Assembly: GCA_029960955.1 (NCBI GenBank)
Contig: JASBVS010000005.1
Location: forward strand, 53,200-117,199
Source of the DNA: Bacillota bacterium
Lineage (GTDB): Bacteria > Bacillota > Sulfobacillia > JAIMAT01
Length of the DNA: 64,000 nucleotides
Reading direction: 5' to 3'
Made by a program: the position numbers and the translations under genes. Under the pieces are notes generated by a model. It was given only the letters and a program-made list of their open reading frames with translations, searched no databases and was not told the DNA's origin. This document shows, one piece after another, positions 17,264 to 24,480 of this stretch. Positions within the stretch are counted from its first letter, which is position 1. Each line of letters starts with the position of its first letter.

Positions 17264-17292
17264 CGCAACCTATCTCGGCGAGGTGAGAAGAG

Positions 17293-17610
17293 ATGTTCTG
17301 GCGCCGCAACAAGAAGACGGAGCAGGAGGCTCCCGCCGAAGGCGGGGAGACCGGCGAGAAGCAGGGCCTCGGCAACGTGATGAAGGACGTCCTCTACGGC
17401 ATGGCCTCGCACGGCAACGTGACCGCGGCGCTGCGCACGCGCATGTACATGGAGCACCTCTTCATGTTCATCACCCTGGGCGACATGCTCGGCATCCCCG
17501 TCCTGCCGCCCTACTACTCGCTGCGGATTCTTCCGTACGCGGTTCCCAACATCGAGTCGTGGAAGCAGCGCGTCTTCCGCGAGCGCGACTTCACGGACGC
17601 GCTCTACTAG
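17293..17610 (+). CDS. Conserved ~100-aa hypothetical protein, copy 1 (paralog of 20901..21203)
   Basis: GAGGTGAGAAGAG lies upstream of the ATG. The core HLFMFITLGDMLGIPVLPPYYSLRILPYAVPNIESWKQR aligns with the copy on the other arm. Confidence 0.75.
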   Translation: MFWRRNKKTEQEAPAEGGETGEKQGLGNVMKDVLYGMASHGNVTAALRTRMYMEHLFMFITLGDMLGIPVLPPYYSLRILPYAVPNIESWKQRVFRERDFTDALY

Positions 17611-17652
17611 CGCGGCTTGCCGGTTCGCGAGCTCATCGGAGGTGAAGACGAC

Positions 17653-18651
17653 TTGAAGCCGGCCGGGCTCAAAGCCTACTTCGACGCACACCCCGAGATC
17701 CGCGTGGCCATCTTCGCGGGCAAGGGCGGGCTGGGCAAGACCACGTCCAGCTCGTCGCTCGCCTATTACATGGCTACGGAGAAGAAGTGCAAGACGCTCC
17801 TCTTCAGCACCGACCCCCAGGCCTCGCTCTCCGACATCTTCGAGCGGAACTTCTTCGGCAGAGGCGTCATCGAGGTGATCCCGAACCTCTTCGTGGTCGA
17901 GATCGACGCCGACCGGCGGGTGGCGGAGTACCAGGCGAGCGTCAAGCAGAAGATCCGCGACATGTACGGGCTGGACGAGCTGCCGCGCGAGATCGAGGAG
18001 TACGTCGACTCCTCCTCCGCGGAGCCGTCCATGTACGAGTCGGCCACCTACGACGCCATGGCCGAACTTGTGGCCGCCAACGAGTACGACATGTACATCT
18101 TCGACATGCCCCCCTTCGGGCACGGCGTGCGCATGGTCGCCATGGCGGAGATCCTCTCCAAGTGGGTGGAGAAGATCACCGAGGCGCGCAGCCAGGTGGC
18201 CGAATACGAGCAGGTGGCCGCCTCCCTGAAGGGCGAGCGCGCGCAGGAAGACGCCATGATGGCCGAGCTGCTCGACATCCGCCAGCGGATCACCACCTTC
18301 ACCGACCTGATCACCAACCAGAAGAGCACCGGCTTCTTCATGGTGCTGATCCCGGAACAGATGGCCATCCTCGACACCGATCGCGCCCTCTCCATGTTCT
18401 CCGAGCTGGGCATCCAGCTCTCCGGGCTGATCGTCAACCAGGTCTACCCGCCCGAGCTGATCGAACAGCCCAACCTGAGCGAGTTCCTCCGCAACCGGCT
18501 CGAGGGACAGCGTCCCTACCTGGAGGAGATCGCGCGCAAGTTCGGCGAGCGCGTCCTCTCCGTGGTGCCCATGTACACCCGCGAGCCGAAGGGGCTGGAG
18601 ATGATCGCGCGGGCCAGCGCCGACCTGATGGATTGCAAGGTGGCCATCTAG
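17653..18651 (+). CDS. ArsA/Get3 (TRC40)-family ATPase, copy 1 (motifs intact)
   Basis: Deviant Walker A AGKGGLGKTT, STDPQASLSD (ArsA A-loop/switch I type) and DMPPFGHGVRM (DTAPTGH-type switch II). TTG at 17653 has GGAGG 10 nt upstream; the longest ORF starts at TTG 17617. Confidence 0.88.
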   Translation: MKPAGLKAYFDAHPEIRVAIFAGKGGLGKTTSSSSLAYYMATEKKCKTLLFSTDPQASLSDIFERNFFGRGVIEVIPNLFVVEIDADRRVAEYQASVKQKIRDMYGLDELPREIEEYVDSSSAEPSMYESATYDAMAELVAANEYDMYIFDMPPFGHGVRMVAMAEILSKWVEKITEARSQVAEYEQVAASLKGERAQEDAMMAELLDIRQRITTFTDLITNQKSTGFFMVLIPEQMAILDTDRALSMFSELGIQLSGLIVNQVYPPELIEQPNLSEFLRNRLEGQRPYLEEIARKFGERVLSVVPMYTREPKGLEMIARASADLMDCKVAI

Positions 18652-18712
18652 ACGAGCCGGGCGAGCGTGCTCCGGCGCGCTTCCACCCAGGAAGGGAGGA
18701 CGGTTCCCGACC

Positions 18713-19738
18713 ATGCAGAGCCTGAGCGAGTTCCTCGAGGAACACCCCGACCTGCGCTTCGTCTTCACGGGCGGGAAGGGCGGGGTCGGCAAGACGGTCA
18801 GCGCGGCGGTGCTGGCCTACCACTTCGCGCGCCAGGGGAAGCGGACGCTCCTGGCCTCGCTCAACCCCGTCCACTCGCTTTCCAGCCTCTTCGGCCAGGA
18901 CCTCTCCGGCGGCCAGGTGCGGCCGGTGCGGGGAGTCGACGGCCTCTTCGCCATCGAGGTGAACACCGAGGACGCGGTCCAGCGCTACCGGGAGAGCGTC
19001 AGCGCGCGCATCCGCGAGTTCCTCCGCTACGCCGACATCCCGGTGGACGCCCGCCCCTTCATCGACATCGCCATGACCAACCCGGCCTTCGAAGAGTCGG
19101 CCATGTTCGACAAGATGACCGACATGATGCTGATGCAGTCCGGCGAATACGACCGCATCGTCTTCGACACGGCGGCCGTCGCCAACGCCGTCCGCCTGAT
19201 CGGCCTCTCCAAGATCTACGGCCTCTGGCTGGGTCGGCTCATCGAGAGCCGCAAGGAGGCGCTCTCCCTCCGCGTCCAGCTCTCCTTCCGCAAGGATAAG
19301 GTGCTGGAGGAGGTGCAGCGCGACCCGATGATGGCGGACCTGATCGCCATGAGCCAGCGCTTCGACAGGGTGAAGGGGCTGCTGGTCGATCCGGCGATCA
19401 CCGCCTTCTTCTTCGTCACCCTGCCGCTCTCCCTGCCCATCTCGGTCGTCAAGCGCTTCATCGAGATGGTCCGCGCCTACGACATCCCGGTCGGCGGCGT
19501 CCTCGTCAACGAGGTGATCACCCACGAGTCGCTGGGCGAGACGCCGGACGAGTACCTGCGGAACAAGTTCGCGGAGCAGGGCGCCTACCTCCAGACCATC
19601 CAGAACGACCTGGGTCCGCTGGTGCGGGCCTACCTGCCGCTCTACCCCCGCGAGGTGGTCGGCCTGGAGGCGGTGGAGCGGGTGGCCGAGGACATGTTCC
19701 GGCCGAGCCAGGACCTGGCCGCCGAGCTGCCCGCCTGA
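18713..19738 (+). CDS. ArsA/Get3-family ATPase, copy 2 (divergent signature motifs)
   Basis: GGKGGVGKTV P-loop. The N-terminus LSEFLEEHPDLRFVFTGGKGG parallels copy 1. The STDP motif is replaced by SLNPVHSL and switch II by DTAAVANAVRL. Confidence 0.85.
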   Translation: MQSLSEFLEEHPDLRFVFTGGKGGVGKTVSAAVLAYHFARQGKRTLLASLNPVHSLSSLFGQDLSGGQVRPVRGVDGLFAIEVNTEDAVQRYRESVSARIREFLRYADIPVDARPFIDIAMTNPAFEESAMFDKMTDMMLMQSGEYDRIVFDTAAVANAVRLIGLSKIYGLWLGRLIESRKEALSLRVQLSFRKDKVLEEVQRDPMMADLIAMSQRFDRVKGLLVDPAITAFFFVTLPLSLPISVVKRFIEMVRAYDIPVGGVLVNEVITHESLGETPDEYLRNKFAEQGAYLQTIQNDLGPLVRAYLPLYPREVVGLEAVERVAEDMFRPSQDLAAELPA

Positions 19739-19762
19739 GCGACTGCACGGAGGCGCCGTAGG

Positions 19763-20260
19763 GTGGAGGGCGCACGGGTGAGCGAGCATCTGATCGCGGC
19801 CAACAACCTGATCCTGGGAACGGTCAACTTCCTCGTGCTGACGCTCCCCGAGGGGTGGGGCCTGATGGATCCGGGCAGCCCGCCGGAGGTGGAGGCCCGG
19901 GTCCTGCTCGACGGCGTCTCCTGGACGCGCGACGGCCGGGCCGCCTACCTGCTCCGGCTGGACGACGGCCGCGTGGCCCACCTGGACCTGCGCGTCGCCT
20001 CCGCGCTGCCTCCGCCCCCGCCCGGCCTCCAGCCCGAGCGGCCGGCGGTCGAACTGGCCGTCAACGGCCATCCCGCCCGGCTGGAGTCGGGCCGGGCGCG
20101 GCCGGTCCTGGGGCGGTTCGGCCGCGCCCGGCCGGTGCTGACCCTCGGCTTCGCCTGCCCGGTCACCGGCCGCGGGCTGCGCCTCACGCTCTGGGGCGAG
20201 CTGCGGGCGGAGGAGCGGAGCCAGCTGGTCGCCAGCCTCGCCGCGCTGGGCTGCCATTGA
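19763..20260 (+). CDS. Hypothetical protein (last gene of the plus-strand arm)
   Basis: It follows arsA-like 2 by 24 nt. GGAGG lies upstream of both GTG 19763 and GTG 19778. No recognisable motif. Composition is typical of this genome. Confidence 0.5.
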   Translation: MEGARVSEHLIAANNLILGTVNFLVLTLPEGWGLMDPGSPPEVEARVLLDGVSWTRDGRAAYLLRLDDGRVAHLDLRVASALPPPPPGLQPERPAVELAVNGHPARLESGRARPVLGRFGRARPVLTLGFACPVTGRGLRLTLWGELRAEERSQLVASLAALGCH

Positions 20261-20274
20261 AGCGGGGGCCCCGG

Positions 20275-20293
20275 CGCAGGAAGGCTTCCTGCG
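20275..20293. terminator. Short hairpin between the two convergent arms
   Basis: CGCAGGAAG-g-CTTCCTGCG, between stop codons at 20260 and 20331. Confidence 0.35.
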
Positions 20294-20330
20294 GCGCGAC
20301 CCGCCGGCGGAGGGTGCAGCGGGCGTGCCG

Positions 20331-20837
20331 CTAGGCGAGGTCGGCCACGCGCCCGCGCAGCGTGCGGAAGGCGGCCTCCACCACGGGTTCGGGCACGCCG
20401 CGCAGCGGGACGGCCAGGTGCAGGTGCGGGTGCTCCCTCCGGAGCGCCAGCACCGATCCGGCCGGAAGGCCGGGAAGCCGGTCGGGGCTCTCCAGGATCT
20501 CCTCCCGCCCGGGACGGCGCAGGAGATCGGCCTCGATCACCAGGGTGTCGCCGCGCCCGCGCCAGAGCGCCCAGAGGACGGCCAGCGGCGCCTCGCGCCC
20601 GGCCAGGAGGGCCAGGACGGAGACGGCCCGGTAGGGGGCCGAGGCGTCCCGGATGTCGATGCGGAAGGCCGAGCTGCCGTGCCAGCGGATGGTGGCCGAA
20701 CCGGCCAGCTCCCGCAGGTGCGGGCGGAGGGCGGCCAGAAGGCGTCCGGCGCGGCGGCGGTTGACGAGCCCGCCGGCCACCCACCAGACGGCGAGCAGGC
20801 CGGCCAGCCCGAAGACGAGCCAGTTGAGCGGCGACAC
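20331..20837 (-). CDS. Hypothetical N-terminally membrane-anchored protein
   Basis: MSPLNWLVFGLAGLLAVWWVAGGLV is a single TM followed by RRR. GGGAGGGAG lies 4-5 nt upstream of GTG 20837. No family recognised. Confidence 0.6.
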   Translation of the reverse strand: MSPLNWLVFGLAGLLAVWWVAGGLVNRRRAGRLLAALRPHLRELAGSATIRWHGSSAFRIDIRDASAPYRAVSVLALLAGREAPLAVLWALWRGRGDTLVIEADLLRRPGREEILESPDRLPGLPAGSVLALRREHPHLHLAVPLRGVPEPVVEAAFRTLRGRVADLA

Positions 20838-20900
20838 GTTCTCCCTCCCGGCGCGGGCGGCCCGGCCGCCCGCCTTGGACGAGAGGCGGCGCAGGCCGCC

Positions 20901-21203
20901 TCAGTCGAAGTGCGGCAGCTCTTCGACGATGTCGACCTCCTGTGCCAGCCGCTCCCGCCAGCCCGGCAGGCCTTCCAGGGCGTAGGGCAGGAGGCGGAGG
21001 CTGATGGAGGCGTTCATCAGCGGCAGCCCCAGGAACTCGCCGAAGATCATCAGGCGGACGAGGTCGTCCAGCTTCCTGGCCTGTTCCGCGGTCTCGCGGT
21101 AGCTGTCGTAGTAGAAGAGGCCCCAGAGGAACTGGCGGACCTTCTCCCGCCAGCCCGGCAGCCCGCGCCGCCCGCCCGCGCCCGTCCCCGCCGTCGCCCG
21201 CAT
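20901..21203 (-). CDS. Conserved ~100-aa hypothetical protein, copy 2 (paralog of 17293..17610)
   Basis: DLVRLMIFGEFLGLPLMNASISLRLLPYALEGLPGWRER aligns with copy 1. A strong GGAGGGGAGGGGGAG RBS is present, and it starts 25 nt after the upstream gene. Confidence 0.75.
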   Translation of the reverse strand: MRATAGTGAGGRRGLPGWREKVRQFLWGLFYYDSYRETAEQARKLDDLVRLMIFGEFLGLPLMNASISLRLLPYALEGLPGWRERLAQEVDIVEELPHFD

Positions 21204-21228
21204 CGCTCCCCCTCCCCTCCCGCCCGGG

Positions 21229-22011
21229 CTAGACCGGCGTGCCGAAGAGCCGCTCCTGCCAGCCCCGGAAGTACCGCCAGCTGGCGAAGTTGAGGACGCG
21301 GCGGGCGCGGCGGAAATCGGAGGCGAGACTCTCCAGCACCTGTCGCCAGCCGGAGAGGTTGGCGCCCTCCTGGTCGGCCGCCAGCTCGTAGTAGCGGCGG
21401 CCTTCCTCCTCCAGCCAGTCCAGCGGCGTCGCCGAGAGCCTCGCCACGTGCTCGGCGAAGACCCCGCTCAGGAAGAGCGCCAGGTCGCCGATCCGCCGGT
21501 AGACCAGGAAGCGGTCGCGGGCGTCGACCACCCGGGCCAGCTCCTTCATCCGCCTCAGGTCGAGCTCGCTGACGCGCATCCTCCGCGGTCCGCGCGGCGT
21601 CCGCACCCAGATGCGGCCGCTGCTCGCCCGGGTGAAGGAGGCCAGCAGCAGCGCCAGGTAGTCCCGCCGCTGCCGGTCGGCCAGGAAGCGGACCAGCTCC
21701 GGCGTGTCGAAGACCGGCACCCGCATCCGTGGCCCCGCCAGCTCGCTGGCATAGCTGGTGCTCGCCAGGTCGCGCAACGCCTGGCGCAGGAAGACCTGGA
21801 AGAGGAGGAAGGGCGTCACCCTGGCCAGCCACTCCTCGACGCGCGAGAGCTCCGCGAAGAGCCGCGGGTCGTCCAGGAGGACCTCCACCTGCTCCGGAGC
21901 CCGCCGCAGCCTCTCCACCGCCTGCGCGCCCTCCCCCTGCCCCGTCGCCTCGGCCAGGAAGCGCAGGTCCTGTTCGCTCAGGTGCTCGAGTAGGAGCGGC
22001 GACGCGGCCAC
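21229..22011 (-). CDS. Hypothetical 260-aa protein
   Basis: GTG at 22011 has GGAGGG 9 nt upstream. Mostly helical-looking sequence (..FLLFQVFLRQALRDL.., ..YRRIGDLALFLSGVFAEH..). No recognisable family. Confidence 0.6.
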   Translation of the reverse strand: MAASPLLLEHLSEQDLRFLAEATGQGEGAQAVERLRRAPEQVEVLLDDPRLFAELSRVEEWLARVTPFLLFQVFLRQALRDLASTSYASELAGPRMRVPVFDTPELVRFLADRQRRDYLALLLASFTRASSGRIWVRTPRGPRRMRVSELDLRRMKELARVVDARDRFLVYRRIGDLALFLSGVFAEHVARLSATPLDWLEEEGRRYYELAADQEGANLSGWRQVLESLASDFRRARRVLNFASWRYFRGWQERLFGTPV

Positions 22012-22053
22012 GCTTGCATCCCTCCGGCTCCACGTTAGCGGGTCAGGAGCAGT

Positions 22054-22980
22054 TTAGCGCGCTCTTTCCCCGCCGTCGAAGCGCCAGAAACCGCCACTCC
22101 AAATCATGTGCGCGATGTAGACGACGTTTTCCGTCGTCCCCTCCAGCCGGGCCGCCCCGCTCAGCCGGACGTCGACCCGCCGGCCCTCGCCCGTCCCGGC
22201 GTCGCCGCCCTGCACTTCCCCCGCCTCGAGCGTGTAGTTCCGGTAGCTCCCCATCCCCTCCGCCCAGGCGGCGGTGTCCACGGCCTCCGGCCTGCCGTAC
22301 CGCGCCCGCAGGTCGGCTCCCATCAGCCGCCACATGGCGTCGCGGTCGGGGATGGCCGCGATCCAGAGATCCAGGGCGTCCTCCGGCGCCAGGCCCTTCA
22401 CCAGCTGCGAGTCGACCGGCGGCAGCAGCCGCTGGAAGAGGAAGCCCTCCCCGGTGAAGGGCCGCTCCTCGCTCCCCACGCGGACGCCCTCCACCCGCAG
22501 CTCCACGCCCTTGACGCCCGGCACGGAGGCGACCGTCAGGGCGATCTGGTCGAGAAGCGTCGCCACCGCCGTCGTCCCGCCCGTCTGCTCGAGCTCGCGC
22601 GAGAAGTCCAGCGTCGCCACGGGGCGGGCCAGCTCCACCGAGAGCAGACGGACGCCGCGGGGCAGTGCGCTCGCCAGCCCCGCCGACCGCTCCTCCGCCG
22701 TCGGGCCTGCCAGCAGCGCCTCGATGGCCGCCCGCAGGCGGCCGCGGCTGTCGTCCGCCCGCACCCCCTCAGGAAGCGGGCGCCGGACCGGAACCAGCTG
22801 CGGCCCGCCCGCCCCCGCGCTCCGCGCGAAGTAGACCGCCAGCGCCGGCTCCCCCGTCCGCCCCGGCTGCACCGCAGCCGGGGGCCTCCGGGCGGCGGGT
22901 CCGGTCGCCGTCGCGCCGCCCGACCCCGCGCCGCAGGCGGCGACCAGCAGCAGGAGGAGGGCGAGCGCGCTTCCCGCCAT
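22054..22980 (-). CDS. GerM-like lipoprotein (one GerMN domain plus an unknown C-terminal domain)
   Basis: Signal/lipobox MAGSALALLLLLVAACG. The GerMN-like block is LAVYFAR...LVPVRRPLP...RLRAAIEALLAGPTAEERSAGLASALP...LLSVELARPVATLDFSREL...LLDQIALTVASVPGVKGVELRVEG. ATG at 22980. Confidence 0.7.
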   Translation of the reverse strand: MAGSALALLLLLVAACGAGSGGATATGPAARRPPAAVQPGRTGEPALAVYFARSAGAGGPQLVPVRRPLPEGVRADDSRGRLRAAIEALLAGPTAEERSAGLASALPRGVRLLSVELARPVATLDFSRELEQTGGTTAVATLLDQIALTVASVPGVKGVELRVEGVRVGSEERPFTGEGFLFQRLLPPVDSQLVKGLAPEDALDLWIAAIPDRDAMWRLMGADLRARYGRPEAVDTAAWAEGMGSYRNYTLEAGEVQGGDAGTGEGRRVDVRLSGAARLEGTTENVVYIAHMIWSGGFWRFDGGERAR

Positions 22981-23294
22981 CGCTCCCGCCGCCCTCCGTC
23001 CCGCCTCCTTCTCGTTCACCCGATCCCCTCCTGACCGCTTGGACGAGCGAGCGCCAGGCGGAGTTGCGGCAACCGGCAGGCCGCCGGTGGCAGGCCGCAG
23101 CTCCCGCGCCGTCGGCCGCGGGCGACGTATGGTACGATACGAACCGGTCGTCCGCTGTCGAAACCGGTCCTTTCCGCCTCCCCGGAGGTGTCCGCCCCAC
23201 GGAAGGTCGCCAGCCCTCACGCCTACAAGGCGCCTTTTCCGCCCTGCGTCACCGCAACTTCCGGCTCTTCTTCGCCGGCCAGGCGGTCTCGCTG

Positions 23295-24479
23295 GTGGGC
23301 ACGTGGATGCAGAACGTGGGGCAGGGCTGGCTCGTCCTGCAGCTGAGCAACTCGCCCTGGGTGGTGGGCACGGTCACCGCGCTCCAGTTCCTTCCCTTCC
23401 TCATCTTTTCGCTAGTGGCCGGGGCGCTGGTCGACCGGCTCTCCAAGCGCGGGCTCCTGGTGGCCACGCAGAGCCTGCTCGGCCTCCTCGCCCTGGCGCT
23501 CGGGCTCCTGACGCTCTCCGGCCGGGTGCGCGTCTGGCACGTGGCGCTCCTCGCCTTCCTGACCGGGACGGTGCAGAGCTTCGACAACCCGGGGCGGCAG
23601 GCGTTCATCGTCGAGATGGTGGGGCGCGAGGACCTGATGAACGCCATCTCGCTCAACTCCTCCGTCTTCAACGGAGCCCGCCTGATCGGGCCGGCGGTGG
23701 CCGGGCTGGTCATCGGCCGGGCCGGCGTCGGCTGGGCCTTCGTGATCAACGCCGCCAGCTTCCTCGCCGTCATCGCCGGGCTCCTCCTGATGCGGCTGGA
23801 GCGGCCGGCGCAGGTGCCCGTCCACGCCTCGCTCGTCAAAGAGGTGGTGGGCGGCTTGGAGTACGTCCGCAAGACGCCGCTCGTCCTGGTGACCACCCTG
23901 CTGATCGGCGTGATCAGCACCTTCGCCCTCAACTTCAACGTCCTGATGCCGGTCTTCGTCCGCTTCACCCTGGGCTCGGGCCCGGAGACGCTCGGCTACC
24001 TGATGTCGGCCCTGGGGACGGGCGCCCTGAGCGGCGCGCTGGTGCTGGCCTACCTGTCGCGCCGGGGCCCGAGGCGGGAGTTGCTCCTGGGTGGGGGGCT
24101 CGTCTTCAGCCTGGGCGTCACCCTGCTGGGCACCCTCCACCGCTTCGCGACCGCCTTCGCCCTCCTGCTCGTGACCGGCTTCGCCATGATCATCTACACC
24201 GCCACCTCCAACAGCACCATCCAGGTGACGGTGCCCAACCAGCTGCGCGGCCGCGTGATGAGCCTCTACGTGATGGTGCTCAACGGCGTCGCTCCGCTGG
24301 GATCGCTCTTCGTGGGCTGGCTGGCGCAGCGCTGGAACGCGGGCGCCGGCTTCCTGGTGGGGGGCGCGGTCAGCCTGGCGGCCGTCCTGGCCGCCGTCGC
24401 CCTGCGGCGGCGCTGGGATCCGGATCTGAGGCCCGTGCCGGCCGTGGGCGGCAGCAGGGCCCGGGGCGGGGTGGCGTGA
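23295..24479 (+). CDS. MFS transporter (EntS/MFS_3-like); true start probably upstream of the first canonical start codon
   Basis: (FSALRHRNFRLFFAGQAVSLV)GTWMQNVGQGWLVLQLSNS... with 12 TM segments. The conserved N-terminal FR.L...Q motif precedes the first in-frame GTG/ATG. Confidence 0.85.
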   Translation: MGTWMQNVGQGWLVLQLSNSPWVVGTVTALQFLPFLIFSLVAGALVDRLSKRGLLVATQSLLGLLALALGLLTLSGRVRVWHVALLAFLTGTVQSFDNPGRQAFIVEMVGREDLMNAISLNSSVFNGARLIGPAVAGLVIGRAGVGWAFVINAASFLAVIAGLLLMRLERPAQVPVHASLVKEVVGGLEYVRKTPLVLVTTLLIGVISTFALNFNVLMPVFVRFTLGSGPETLGYLMSALGTGALSGALVLAYLSRRGPRRELLLGGGLVFSLGVTLLGTLHRFATAFALLLVTGFAMIIYTATSNSTIQVTVPNQLRGRVMSLYVMVLNGVAPLGSLFVGWLAQRWNAGAGFLVGGAVSLAAVLAAVALRRRWDPDLRPVPAVGGSRARGGVA

Positions 24480-24480
24480 G

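Noticed and set aside
17293-19738. Interpretation of the ArsA-like genes as a classical arsenic-resistance (ars) operon.
   Set aside because: No arsR, arsB/acr3, arsC or arsD is present in the 64-kb window. The ATPases are two separate half-size genes rather than a fused A1-A2 ArsA, and they lack the ArsA metalloid-binding Cys triad as far as I can see.
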